DNA from: an uncultured Actinomycetota bacterium
GTDB lineage: Bacteria; Actinomycetota; Actinomycetes; JAHEKZ01
DNA length: 64,000 nt
Reading direction: 5' to 3'
NCBI GenBank assembly: GCA_963848085.1
Contig: CAWKCE010000005.1
Coordinates: forward strand, 559,667 to 623,666
Positions 25,915 through 35,212 of this stretch are shown here, piece after piece. Within the stretch, counting starts at the first letter, position 1; every line of letters starts with the position of its first letter. The notes under the pieces are model-generated. The model saw only the letters and a list, made by a program, of their open reading frames with translations, ran no database searches and had not been told where the DNA came from. Both the position numbers and the translations under genes were made by a program.

Positions 25915-27582
25915 ATGAACCGGTCGATCCGCGTGCTGTCCGTCGTTGGCCTGGCAGCGGCGGGTCTGGCGGCTACCCCGCTGACGGCGTCTGCCGCGGC
26001 CGACGCCACGTGCACCTACGCCGCCGGTAAGAAGCTGGTGACGCTGAAGCTGCCGAGCACCGACGCCGAGGAAGGCCCCTACACCATCGGTCGGGTCCCG
26101 GGCTCCAAGCGGATCGGGTACGACTCCGACCTCGTCACGTGGAAGCGCTGCGGCGCCGCGACCGTGACGAACACGAACAAGATCAAGATCGTGGGGACCG
26201 ACCAGAGCGAGGCGCTGGTCATCAGTCTCGAGGGCGGCGCGCTTGCGCCAGGAGCATCCGGCGAGAAGACCGGGGTCTCCGAGATCGAGATCGTCGGCGA
26301 CCTCGGCAACGGGACGGACACGCTGACCCTGCGCGGAGGCAACGGCGGCGACCGGCTCACCTTGCACTCGAAGTCCTCCGCCTCGCTCAACTCCGACACG
26401 GACGCCGACGTCGCCCTCGAGGGGCTGGACGTGTGGATCCTTGACGGCGGGCTCGGTGCCGACGTGCTGGACGGACACGGCGTCCCCAAGGTCGAGGCAT
26501 ACGGGAAAGAGGGTCCCGACCGTGTGATCGGCAGCAAGGGGCGCGACCGCCTGTACGGCGACGGCGGAGCGACTGCCGGCGACGGCAACGACGTCATCAG
26601 CGGCGGGGCCGGCGATGACAGCCTCTACGGCGGCGGCGGCCGCGACCGACTCGAGGGCGGCCCGGACGACGACTACCTTCTCGGTGAGGGAGGCAACGAC
26701 AACCTCAGCGGCGGCGCCGGCGGGGACGCGTTCTATGCCGACCCGGGCGCCGACGGCAACGACGTGATCAGCGGTGGCTCCGGCGAGGACCGGGTCAGCT
26801 ACTCCGACCGCTCCACACCCCTACGCCTCACGCTGGACGGCAAGGCCAACGACGGTGCCAAGGGTGAGAAGGACCTGATCCGGGGCGACGTCGAGGACCT
26901 GTACGGGGGAAACAAGGCCGACGTGCTGATCGGCAACGGAGCCGACAACTACCTACGGGGCAACGACGGTGGGGATGTGCTCAAGGGCATGGGCGGCGGC
27001 GACAGCTTCAGCCCCGACAACGGGAACGACTCGGTCTTCGGCGGCAGCGGCGACGACAACTTGTCGAACAGCCCGGGCCAGGACCGCATGTTCGGTGAGG
27101 CAGGCGACGACTACCTGTACGCCGGTGACGGCAACGACGGTCGCGACGTCTTCTCCGGCGGCCCGGGTGTGGACTCACTCACCTTCTACCAGCGCACCAA
27201 CAGCGTCACGATCGACGTCACCACCGACGGCGGCGATGGCGAGGCCGGCGAGAACGACTTCGTGAAGGCCGACTTCGAGTACCTGACCGGGGGCGCCGGC
27301 AGCGACCTGATCAAGGGCGCCGGCGGCGCCGAGGTGCTGTCCGGGCAGGCCGGCGACGACACGCTGAACGGCGGCCGCGGCCCCGACAAGCTGTACGGGG
27401 GCACCGGTGCCGACACGTTGGTCGGAGGCGAGGGCTACGACGACCTGTACGGGGACGCGGACAACGACTACCTGCAGATGGCGGACGGGGGCAAGGACTA
27501 CGGCGACTGCGGAATCGGCACGGACACCGCATCCATCGACGCCTTCGACACCTACTACAACTGCGAGTCACTCGTCGCCTGA
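25915..27582 (+). CDS. secreted calcium-binding protein with RTX-type GGxGxDxUx repeats
   Basis: Signal peptide 'MNRSIRVLSVVGLAAAGLAATPLTASAAA'; more than 15 nonapeptide repeats, e.g. 'GGAGDDSLYGGGGRDRLEGGPDDDYLLGEGGNDNLSGGAGGDAFY'. Confidence 0.7.
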   Translation: MNRSIRVLSVVGLAAAGLAATPLTASAAADATCTYAAGKKLVTLKLPSTDAEEGPYTIGRVPGSKRIGYDSDLVTWKRCGAATVTNTNKIKIVGTDQSEALVISLEGGALAPGASGEKTGVSEIEIVGDLGNGTDTLTLRGGNGGDRLTLHSKSSASLNSDTDADVALEGLDVWILDGGLGADVLDGHGVPKVEAYGKEGPDRVIGSKGRDRLYGDGGATAGDGNDVISGGAGDDSLYGGGGRDRLEGGPDDDYLLGEGGNDNLSGGAGGDAFYADPGADGNDVISGGSGEDRVSYSDRSTPLRLTLDGKANDGAKGEKDLIRGDVEDLYGGNKADVLIGNGADNYLRGNDGGDVLKGMGGGDSFSPDNGNDSVFGGSGDDNLSNSPGQDRMFGEAGDDYLYAGDGNDGRDVFSGGPGVDSLTFYQRTNSVTIDVTTDGGDGEAGENDFVKADFEYLTGGAGSDLIKGAGGAEVLSGQAGDDTLNGGRGPDKLYGGTGADTLVGGEGYDDLYGDADNDYLQMADGGKDYGDCGIGTDTASIDAFDTYYNCESLVA

Positions 27583-27585
27583 CGG

Positions 27586-27670
27586 CGGAGGGTGAGGGAT
27601 TTGAACCCCCGGACGCTTGCGCGTCTCCCGCTTTCAAGGCGGGTGCATTCGGCCGCTCTGCCAACCCTCC
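27586..27670 (-). tRNA. tRNA-Ser (anticodon TGA)
   Basis: Acceptor GGAGGGT/ACCCTCC, anticodon loop CTTGAAA, long variable arm, T-loop TTCAAAT. Confidence 0.8.
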
Positions 27671-27704
27671 CGGCGCGCCCATTGTGGCGCACGGGCGCTG
27701 GCCG

Positions 27705-28199
27705 TCACCCCGGGGCGCGGCCCTCGTCGGTCAGCGACTTGGCGTAGCAGCGGTTGAGCGGCGAGTCCTTGTAGTAGCCAAACCCCGGCGTCGGCAGGTA
27801 GCCACTGCTCTCGTAGAGCGCCATCGCCTCCGGCTGCGCCGTGCCGGACTCCATGAGAACGACCCGGTAACCGAGACGGCGCGCCTCGTCCTCGCTGGCC
27901 CGGACCAGCGCCCGTGCCACGCCTCGACCGCGGTGGGGCCCGCGCACGAACATCCGCTTCACCTCAACGCGCTCGGCGTCGTGACGGCGGAGTCCGACGC
28001 ACCCGACCGGGACACCATCGAGGTAGGCGACGAGAAAGGAGCCGCCCGGCTCGGCGAACTGGTCGGGATCCACCGGGGTTCCGTCGCGGCTGCCATACCG
28101 AACGACGTACTCCTCCTGCAGCTCCTCGACCAGTGCATCGACCACAGGATCGTCGTAGCGGCAACGCTCGAAGGTGGGGGCGCCGGTCACGACCGGCAT
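27705..28199 (-). CDS. GNAT family N-acetyltransferase
   Basis: 164 aa; motif A 'RGRGVARALVRASEDEARRLGY'. Confidence 0.75.
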   Translation of the reverse strand: MPVVTGAPTFERCRYDDPVVDALVEELQEEYVVRYGSRDGTPVDPDQFAEPGGSFLVAYLDGVPVGCVGLRRHDAERVEVKRMFVRGPHRGRGVARALVRASEDEARRLGYRVVLMESGTAQPEAMALYESSGYLPTPGFGYYKDSPLNRCYAKSLTDEGRAPG

Positions 28200-28224
28200 C
28201 TTGTCAGCGACGTCGTTCGGCCCG

Positions 28225-29007
28225 TCACTCGACCGGTGAGGGCGCCCAGCGGGGGAGCCGCTTCTCGCCGAACGCCCGCATACCCTCGGCCCCCTCCGCC
28301 GATGCGAACCGCGCGGCCGACAGCTGGGCGGTCCACTCGAACGCTTCCTCGCGCGACAGGTGCGGCACCTGCTGCAGTACCTGCTTGGTGGCCGCGACTG
28401 CCTCCGGTCCGCCCAGGAGCAGGTCGGCTACGTACGACTGGACGGTGTCATCCAGCTCCGCCGGCGGAACTACCTGCTGCACCAGGCCGACGGCACGTGC
28501 CGTTGCGGCATCGATGCGCCGCCCCGTGAGGAGCAGCGCGGACGCGTCGGCCGGCGACAGGCGGCGGAGCAGCGGGATCGCGATGACCGCAGGGGCCACG
28601 CCCACGCGTACCTCGGTGAAGCCGAAACGCGCGACGTCGCTGGCCACCGCGATGTCGCAGGCGGCCACCAGACCGTTTCCTCCGCCCGCGACGTGTCCCT
28701 GGACACGGGCCACGACGGGCTTGGGGTGGTCCATCACAGCGGTGAGAACCCGGACGAGGGCCGCCGCCCCCGTGCCGGCGAACGAACCCGCGTCACCGGC
28801 GGCTGACCCGCGCAGGTCGGCGCCGGCGCAGAACACCGTGCCCGTCGCCGTCAGGACGACCACGCGGACGTCGTCCGCGATGGCCCGCGCCAGCTGGTCC
28901 GACAGGCAGTCGAGCATGTCGGCGTCAAGCACGTTCCGGCGCTCCGGCCGGTCGAGGGTCAGCCGAGCCACCCCGCCGTCGAGCGACCAGGTCACCGGGT
29001 CGGTCAT
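28225..29007 (-). CDS. enoyl-CoA hydratase/isomerase (crotonase family)
   Basis: 'VVVLTATGTVFCAGADLRG' oxyanion-hole motif; start at 'MTDPVTW' (ATGA overlap with upstream atuA-like stop). Confidence 0.8.
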   Translation of the reverse strand: MTDPVTWSLDGGVARLTLDRPERRNVLDADMLDCLSDQLARAIADDVRVVVLTATGTVFCAGADLRGSAAGDAGSFAGTGAAALVRVLTAVMDHPKPVVARVQGHVAGGGNGLVAACDIAVASDVARFGFTEVRVGVAPAVIAIPLLRRLSPADASALLLTGRRIDAATARAVGLVQQVVPPAELDDTVQSYVADLLLGGPEAVAATKQVLQQVPHLSREEAFEWTAQLSAARFASAEGAEGMRAFGEKRLPRWAPSPVE

Positions 29008-30824
29008 TCCGCCCCCTCCCTGGCCAGCAGCACTGACGGCAGGTCGACATGCCGTGACCGGAGGTACTCCCCGAGCCCCTTGCCCTGCGGGTCGAGCGCG
29101 GTGTTCTCCGCGACCCCGCGACCGAGCATCCCGCGGACGACCAGGTTCACCGCGCGCAGGTTCGGGAAGGAGTACCGGTCTACCCGCAGCCCGTGAACCT
29201 CCGGCATGAGGCCGGGCAGCGTCCGCGGGGTGACCGCACGCAGCAGCCACTGGAACGCCTCGTCCGGGTCACCCAGCTCCGGCCGCACCCAGAGTCCGAT
29301 GTTGGCGTTGCCCCCCTTGTCGCCCGACCGAGCGCCCACGACCCTGCCCAGGGGGCCGCGGACCGTGGCCCCCCAGTCGCCCCCTACCGGCTCCGGCTCG
29401 GGATCCGGGACCGAGGCGACGAACGGCTGTCGGCCTGTGCTCCAGGCGACGTCAAGCACTTGGTCACCTTCGGGCTCAGCCATGGTGAACCGGTGGGCCA
29501 CCTCGTGGTGGGCAACCGTGGTCGGCCAGTACACGCCGAACGACGTGGGCTCTGGGGGCGGTCCGGGCAGGAAGAGTCCCGGCACCGAGGACAGCGTCAG
29601 CTCCACACCGCGGGCGGTGAATGCGCGACCGACGACGTTGGGGTCACGGCTCTTCACCGTGACCCGGAGCTCCGCCTGCGCGTGCCAGAGATCTACCGGG
29701 TCGCCGTCCGGTTCCTGGTCGCCGTGTGGGAGCAGGGCGACGTCCACGTCGTCGAACACGTCGCGGCCACCCGGGACCGCGGCGAACAGCTGGCGCTCGA
29801 CCAGGGCGGCCTTGGCCGGCAGGTCCGAACCGGTCAGGACGAAGCTGATAGTCGTCCGGAAGCCCCCCGGGTAGTTGAGGGCCACCTTCACCCGGTCCGG
29901 CGGCGCCTCGCCCCGCGCGCCGGACACGTGAACCCGATGAGGACCGTCCGGCGCCAACCGCAGCGTGTCGAACCGCGTCACGACGTCGGGGCCCGCGTAC
30001 AGCGGTCCCTCCACCTCGTAGAGCAGCTGCGCGGTGACCGTCCCGACGTCGACGAGTCCGCCGGTCCCCCGGTGCTTGGTGATCACGGCGCTTCCGTCTG
30101 CGGCGATCTCGGCGATGGGGAAGCCCACGTGTTCCAGGCCGGGGACGTCTTCATGGAAGGCGTAGTTGCCTCCGGTCACCTGGGTGCCGCACTCGATGAG
30201 GTGCCCGGCCACCGTCGCGCCGGCAAGCTCGTGCAGGTCGTCCGGTCCCCAGCCGAACCGCCACGCAGCCGGGCCGACGACCACCGACGCATCGGTCACC
30301 CGACCGGTGACGACGATGTCGGCGCCGGCGTCGAGCGCAGCCTTGATCCCGAACGCACCCAGGTACGCGTTGGCCGTCAGCGGCCGGACCCCAAGCTCGG
30401 CGAGCTCCTCACCGGTGTCGAGGTTGACCAGCCGCTCGCCGTTGTCCTGCAGCGCATCGAGCCGAGGCATCAGGTCGTCTCCGTCGACGAAGGCCACGCG
30501 AGGCCGCAGGCTACGACGCAGCGCCAGGTCGTTGATCGCCTGCGCCAGGCCACGGGGGTCGAGGCCGCCGGCGTTGGAGACGATCCGGATACCGCGGGCC
30601 AGACACGGGGCCAGGACCTCCTCCAGCTGGTCCAGGAAGGTGCCGGCGTACCCGGTGCCGGGGCCCCGCTTCAGCCGGCGCCGGGCCAGGACGTACATGG
30701 TGAGCTCGGCGAGCCAGTCCCCGGTGAGAACGTCGAGCGGCCCGCCGTTCACCATCTCGGCCGCAGCGCTCAGCCGGTCCCCGTAGAAGCCACTGGCGTT
30801 GCCGATCCGCACCACTTCGGCCAT
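29004..30824 (-). CDS. AtuA-like (acyclic terpene utilisation, DUF1446) family protein
   Basis: About 606 aa from 'MAEVVRIGNASGFYGDRL', the characteristic N-terminus of AtuA-family proteins; co-transcribed with the crotonase. Confidence 0.6.
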   Translation of the reverse strand: MAEVVRIGNASGFYGDRLSAAAEMVNGGPLDVLTGDWLAELTMYVLARRRLKRGPGTGYAGTFLDQLEEVLAPCLARGIRIVSNAGGLDPRGLAQAINDLALRRSLRPRVAFVDGDDLMPRLDALQDNGERLVNLDTGEELAELGVRPLTANAYLGAFGIKAALDAGADIVVTGRVTDASVVVGPAAWRFGWGPDDLHELAGATVAGHLIECGTQVTGGNYAFHEDVPGLEHVGFPIAEIAADGSAVITKHRGTGGLVDVGTVTAQLLYEVEGPLYAGPDVVTRFDTLRLAPDGPHRVHVSGARGEAPPDRVKVALNYPGGFRTTISFVLTGSDLPAKAALVERQLFAAVPGGRDVFDDVDVALLPHGDQEPDGDPVDLWHAQAELRVTVKSRDPNVVGRAFTARGVELTLSSVPGLFLPGPPPEPTSFGVYWPTTVAHHEVAHRFTMAEPEGDQVLDVAWSTGRQPFVASVPDPEPEPVGGDWGATVRGPLGRVVGARSGDKGGNANIGLWVRPELGDPDEAFQWLLRAVTPRTLPGLMPEVHGLRVDRYSFPNLRAVNLVVRGMLGRGVAENTALDPQGKGLGEYLRSRHVDLPSVLLAREGAE

Positions 30825-30887
30825 GCGACCTCCTCGTGGCGGCGGCTTCGGGTACTGCCCCACAGCGAACCTATCTACGCTGGCCGG

Positions 30888-31874
30888 ATGCGCGCGATCG
30901 TGGTCGACCACCCTGGCCCGCCCGACGTTCTGCGGTGGGGGGAGGCGCCCGACCCCGTCGCCGCCGCCGGCGAGGTACTGGTCGCCGTGGCGGCGGCGGG
31001 AGTGAACCGCGCCGACCTGCTCCAACGCGAGGGTCACTACCCACCGCCGGCCGGCGCCTCGCCGACTCTCGGTCTGGAGTGCTCCGGGCGCGTCGTCGCC
31101 GTCGGACCGGCAGTGTCTGGCTGGGCCATCGGTGACGAGGTGTGCGCCCTCCTGACCGGGGGCGGGTACGCCGAGCTGGCGGCGGTGCCCCAGGGCCAGC
31201 TGATGCCCGTGCCGCAGACCATCGACCTGGTGTCCGCCGCGGCCCTCCCCGAGGCAGCCGCGACGGTCTGGTCGAACCTGTTCATGGTGGCCGGCCTGCG
31301 CCCCGGGGAGCGCCTCCTGGTCCACGGTGGCGGATCGGGCATCGGGACCATGGCTGTGCAGCTGGCCAAGGCCGTGGGGGCACAGGTGTTCGCCACCGTC
31401 GGCTCAGCCGCCAAGGCGGACGCCGTACGGGGGCTTGGTGCCGAGGCGACCATCAACTACCGGGACGAGGACTTTGTGGAGCGAGTCCGCGACCTGACCG
31501 GCGGCGCCGGTGTGGACGTCGTCCTCGACGTGATCGGCGCGAAGTACCTTCAGCGGAACCTCGCGGCACTGGCCACCGGCGGACGTATCGTCGTGATCGG
31601 ACTGCAGGGGGGTACTCGCGCCGAGCTCGATCTCGGGCGGCTGCTCGGCAAGCGAGCGGCCATCGTCGGGACAACGTTGCGGTCCCGGCCGGAGGCGGAG
31701 AAGGCCGAGATCGTCCGGCAGGTCGTCGAACATGTCTGGCCGTTGCTGGAGCAGGGTGTGGTCCGACCGGTCGTCGACCGCGTGGTGGCGATCCAAGACG
31801 CCGCGGACGCGCACCGCGCGATGGCGGCTGGCGAGAACGTGGGCAAGATCGTGCTTGCGGTAGACAGGCCGTAG
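30888..31874 (+). CDS. NAD(P)H:quinone oxidoreductase (MDR/zinc-binding dehydrogenase family, Qor-like)
   Basis: 328 aa 'MRAIVVDHPGPPDVLRW...GVNRADLLQREGHYPPP...VHGGGSGIGTMAVQLAK'. Confidence 0.85.
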   Translation: MRAIVVDHPGPPDVLRWGEAPDPVAAAGEVLVAVAAAGVNRADLLQREGHYPPPAGASPTLGLECSGRVVAVGPAVSGWAIGDEVCALLTGGGYAELAAVPQGQLMPVPQTIDLVSAAALPEAAATVWSNLFMVAGLRPGERLLVHGGGSGIGTMAVQLAKAVGAQVFATVGSAAKADAVRGLGAEATINYRDEDFVERVRDLTGGAGVDVVLDVIGAKYLQRNLAALATGGRIVVIGLQGGTRAELDLGRLLGKRAAIVGTTLRSRPEAEKAEIVRQVVEHVWPLLEQGVVRPVVDRVVAIQDAADAHRAMAAGENVGKIVLAVDRP

Positions 31875-31884
31875 CCTTTCCGCC

Positions 31885-32568
31885 ATGCGTGCACTGGTGG
31901 TGGCCAACTCCGACGATGACGACGCAGGGTACGTCGGCGAGCGGCTCGCCGAACACGGCTACGAGCTCGTCCTCGGCTACCGCGACGAGCCGGGCGCGCT
32001 GCCGGCGAACCTGGACGGGTTCGACCTGCTGGTGATGCTGGGGTCCGACTGGTCGACGTACTGGGAGCACGTCCGCGACGAGGTCGAGCGGGAGAGCGCC
32101 CTCGTGCGGGAGGCAGGCGTCCGGGACCTGCCGACGCTGGGGATCTGCTACGGCGCTCAGCTCATGGCCCACGCGCTGGGGGGCTCGGTGCAGGAGGCGG
32201 CGCGGACCGAGATCGGCTGGTTCACCCTGGACACCGAGGACGACGCGCTGGCCCCCGCCGGTCCGTGGTTCGAGTTCCACCTCGACGCCTTCACCCCGCC
32301 GTCGGGGGCCGAGGTCCTGGCGTCCACTGCGGCCGGGCCGCAGGCGTTCCGGATCGGTCGGATGCTGGCGTGGCAGTTCCACCCCGAGGTCACACCGGAG
32401 ATCGTGCGCCGGTGGGGCGCCGGCTCCCGCGACCAAGCCACCCGAGCCGGGGTCGACCTCGAGCAGGTCTACGCCCAGACCGACGCCGAGCGCACCTCCG
32501 CCCAGCAACGAGCCCACCACCTGGTCGACGCCTTCCTCACCACCTTCACCGGCGCATTGACGCACTGA
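31885..32568 (+). CDS. class I glutamine amidotransferase-like protein
   Basis: 'LGICYGAQLMAHALGG' nucleophile-elbow Cys, GATase1 fold. Confidence 0.75.
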   Translation: MRALVVANSDDDDAGYVGERLAEHGYELVLGYRDEPGALPANLDGFDLLVMLGSDWSTYWEHVRDEVERESALVREAGVRDLPTLGICYGAQLMAHALGGSVQEAARTEIGWFTLDTEDDALAPAGPWFEFHLDAFTPPSGAEVLASTAAGPQAFRIGRMLAWQFHPEVTPEIVRRWGAGSRDQATRAGVDLEQVYAQTDAERTSAQQRAHHLVDAFLTTFTGALTH

Positions 32569-32640
32569 CCCGGACCTAGCGGCGTAACAACGCACAACGA
32601 CGGCCCTCCTCCGTCCGGTCTGCGCACCTGACGCGGGGGA

Positions 32641-33615
32641 CTAGCGGGGGAGGGTGATTGAGTAGGAGTCGATGACGGTTTGGGGCTTCAGGCCGACCGA
32701 CTCGTACAGCCGGGTCGCCCCCGTTGTGTTCTCCGAGTCGACACCGAGCATGACGTGCGTCAGTCCTCGACGCCGGAACTCCGCAAACGAGTGCGTCAGC
32801 AGCGCCCGCGCCACTCCGCGCCCCCGGAACTCCATGAGCACCCCGACCGAGCGCACCCAACCACCCCCAAGCTCACGCCGCCGGCCGTCCCCCATGAGAA
32901 AGCCCGCTGGCTTCCCGTCGACCTCCGCAACCCACCACAGGCTGGGATCGACGTATACCGACATCAGCACGTGTTCGCAGAACTGCTCGAAGGAGAACTC
33001 CACCGTCTCGAAGTGTTCGCGAAACGACTCCGTCTCCAACCGGTGAAGAAGCTCGAGCTCGGCTCGCTTCGACTCGTCAACGGCGCGGATCGTCAGCGAA
33101 GCCGGCGGCGGCTCGACGGACAGGTGCCGATCGTCCAGCTCCACGCGCATCCACCAGAACACGCGGTTGTGTACCAGCCCAGCCGCCTGCAGGACATTCG
33201 CCAACCTCGCCTCTGACCGGTAGCAGCCAGTTCCGGTCCGGATGCCTGCCCGTCCGGACTCGTTGACGAACTCCTCGACGCGCCGCAGCACTCGCTCGGT
33301 CAGCCAGGCCCCAAGCCGATGAAAGTCGGCGTCCGGAAGCGCGGGGGAGACATACACGTCGATCTCCGCCTGCTCCGGGTGCTCGTCGAAGGCGTCCGAG
33401 TATCCGACCGGGCTCTGCTCGGAGTCGAGGACCAGCACCGCGTCGCGCGCCGGGTCGAAACCCGACCGCTCGAGGCGCTCCCGCACCTCGTCGACCGTCA
33501 CGTCGTCCTCGCCGATCACCGCGCGAGACGACTCGGCCATCAGCCCGGCGACTAACGCGGCCTCCGCCACCGTCACCGGGCGAGCGACGAACCCCTCGGG
33601 CAGACCTTCCACCAT
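32641..33615 (-). CDS. two-domain GNAT acetyltransferase (mycothiol synthase MshD-like)
   Basis: About 324 aa from 'MVEGLPEGF'; tandem GNAT folds, C-terminal 'VLMEFRGRGVARALLTHSFAEFRRRGL'. Confidence 0.5.
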   Translation of the reverse strand: MVEGLPEGFVARPVTVAEAALVAGLMAESSRAVIGEDDVTVDEVRERLERSGFDPARDAVLVLDSEQSPVGYSDAFDEHPEQAEIDVYVSPALPDADFHRLGAWLTERVLRRVEEFVNESGRAGIRTGTGCYRSEARLANVLQAAGLVHNRVFWWMRVELDDRHLSVEPPPASLTIRAVDESKRAELELLHRLETESFREHFETVEFSFEQFCEHVLMSVYVDPSLWWVAEVDGKPAGFLMGDGRRRELGGGWVRSVGVLMEFRGRGVARALLTHSFAEFRRRGLTHVMLGVDSENTTGATRLYESVGLKPQTVIDSYSITLPR

Positions 33616-33648
33616 GGGCACGCAGGCCACCCTGGCCCCTACCCCCGC

Positions 33649-34227
33649 GTGCGGTCCATCGATTTCCTGGGAGAGGATGGCCGGATGAGCGAGCCAACGC
33701 AGGAGACCGCCGGCCGAGTCGTCGTCGTCGGGCCGGACGGCCAGCCGGTCGGCGAGGTGGCGATGCCGAGTGACGCCGACGCGCAGGACCACCCGGTCAC
33801 GGAGCTCGTCGAGCAGCCCGCCAAGGTCATGCGCATCGGCACGATGATCAAGCAGCTGCTCGAGGAGGTCCGCAGCGCGCCGCTGGACGAAGCCGGCCGC
33901 GCCCGGCTCAAGCAGATCCACCAGAGGTCGATCGCCGAGCTGGAGGACGGTCTCGCCCCCGAACTGGTCGACGAGCTGGAGCGGCTCTCCCTCCCCTTCG
34001 CCGAGGAGAGCACCCCGAGCGAGGCCGAGCTCCGCATTGCGCAGGCACAGCTGGTCGGCTGGTTGGAGGGTCTGTTCCACGGGATCCAGACCGCGCTGTT
34101 CGCGCAGCAGGTCTCAGCCCGCGCCCAGTTCGAGGAGATGCGGCGCCGGGCCGCCCTCCCTCCGGGCGCGACGCCCGCGGAAGGCTCACCCAACGACGGC
34201 CAGCGCTCGTCCGGCCCCTACCTCTGA
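33649..34227 (+). CDS. bpa: bacterial proteasome activator Bpa/PafE
   Basis: 'LVEQPAKVMRIGTMIKQLLEEVR...AELRIAQAQLVGWLEGLFHGIQTALFAQQ' core; C-terminal tail ends GPYL (HbYX-like); alternative start at Met 33685. Confidence 0.65.
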   Translation: MRSIDFLGEDGRMSEPTQETAGRVVVVGPDGQPVGEVAMPSDADAQDHPVTELVEQPAKVMRIGTMIKQLLEEVRSAPLDEAGRARLKQIHQRSIAELEDGLAPELVDELERLSLPFAEESTPSEAELRIAQAQLVGWLEGLFHGIQTALFAQQVSARAQFEEMRRRAALPPGATPAEGSPNDGQRSSGPYL

Positions 34228-34249
34228 CCGGCCTGGGCCACCGACGCGG

Positions 34250-35212
34250 CTAGGACGACAGCCAGCAGGCGGCCTGGTGCTCACCGGCAGCGCCAGTGAG
34301 GATCCGTAGGTCCTGCGACGTGCACTTGTCGGCTACCGCGGCAGCAGCCCCGCCGGCCAGCTCCTGACAGCGCGGGTGGAACCGGCAGCCGCCCGGGATC
34401 TGCGTCGGGTCCGGCGGCTCTCCGGCGAGCACGATGGACTCGGTGTGCCGGATCTCCGGAACCACCGACAGCAACGCCTTCGTGTAGGGGTGCTTCGGTG
34501 ACGACAGCACCTCCTCGGTCGACCCCTGCTCGACAATCCGGCCCAGGTACATGACCACGATCCGGTCGGCAATGTTCCAGGCCAGGCCCAGGTCATGGGT
34601 GACGACAAGCACCGTGAGGCCCAGCTCCTCGCGCAGCTTCAGCAGCAACGCCAGGATCTCGCCGCGCACCGAGGCATCCAGCGACGACACCGGCTCGTCG
34701 GCGATCAGCACCTCGGGGTCCAGCGCCAGCGCTCCCGCGATCACCACACGCTGACGCTGGCCGCCGGACAGCTCGTGCGGGTACCGGAGGAAGAACCGCT
34801 CCGGCGGCCGCAGCCCAGCCTGAGAGAGGGCTCGCGTCACCTGACCAACCTCGTCGGCCATGCCGTGCACGCGGGGCCCCTCGGCCACTGCCTCGTAGAC
34901 CGAATGCCTCGGGTTGAGCGACCCCGACGGGTCCTGGAGCACCAGCTGCACCTGTCGGCGGTAGCGCTTCAGGGCTCGGCCCGAGTACTCGAGCGGCTCG
35001 CCCTTGAACCACACCTTCCCCTCGTCCGGCTTTTCGAGCCCGAGCAGCGTCCGCGCCAGCGTGGTCTTGCCGCACCCCGACTCGCCGACGATGGCCACAA
35101 TCTCGCCCTTGGACACCGACAGGTTGGCGCCGTCGAGCGCGCGCGCCTGCCCACCCCCTCGGGCCCGGAACGTGACCTTGAGGTCCTCGCCGCTCAACAG
35201 GGACTCGGTCAC
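34250..35212 (-). CDS. peptide ABC transporter ATP-binding protein (DppF/OppF-like)
   Basis: Walker A 'GESGCGKTT', signature 'LSGGQRQRV', C-terminal oligopeptide-ABC extension. Confidence 0.85.
   Translation of the reverse strand: MTESLLSGEDLKVTFRARGGGQARALDGANLSVSKGEIVAIVGESGCGKTTLARTLLGLEKPDEGKVWFKGEPLEYSGRALKRYRRQVQLVLQDPSGSLNPRHSVYEAVAEGPRVHGMADEVGQVTRALSQAGLRPPERFFLRYPHELSGGQRQRVVIAGALALDPEVLIADEPVSSLDASVRGEILALLLKLREELGLTVLVVTHDLGLAWNIADRIVVMYLGRIVEQGSTEEVLSSPKHPYTKALLSVVPEIRHTESIVLAGEPPDPTQIPGGCRFHPRCQELAGGAAAAVADKCTSQDLRILTGAAGEHQAACWLSS

Noticed and set aside
26200-27500. Periodic nucleotide repeats that could be mistaken for a tandem-repeat or CRISPR-like array
   Set aside because: The periodicity is the coding image of degenerate GGxGxDxUx RTX nonapeptides inside one ORF. 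There are no exact direct repeats with unique spacers, and no CRISPR array anywhere in the window.
29193-31874. 893-aa plus-strand ORF
   Set aside because: The first 565 codons run antisense to the well-supported atuA-like and crotonase genes and have no domain signal. Only the C-terminal 328 aa from ATG 30888 (Qor) are real. This is a typical long spurious ORF in 70% GC DNA.
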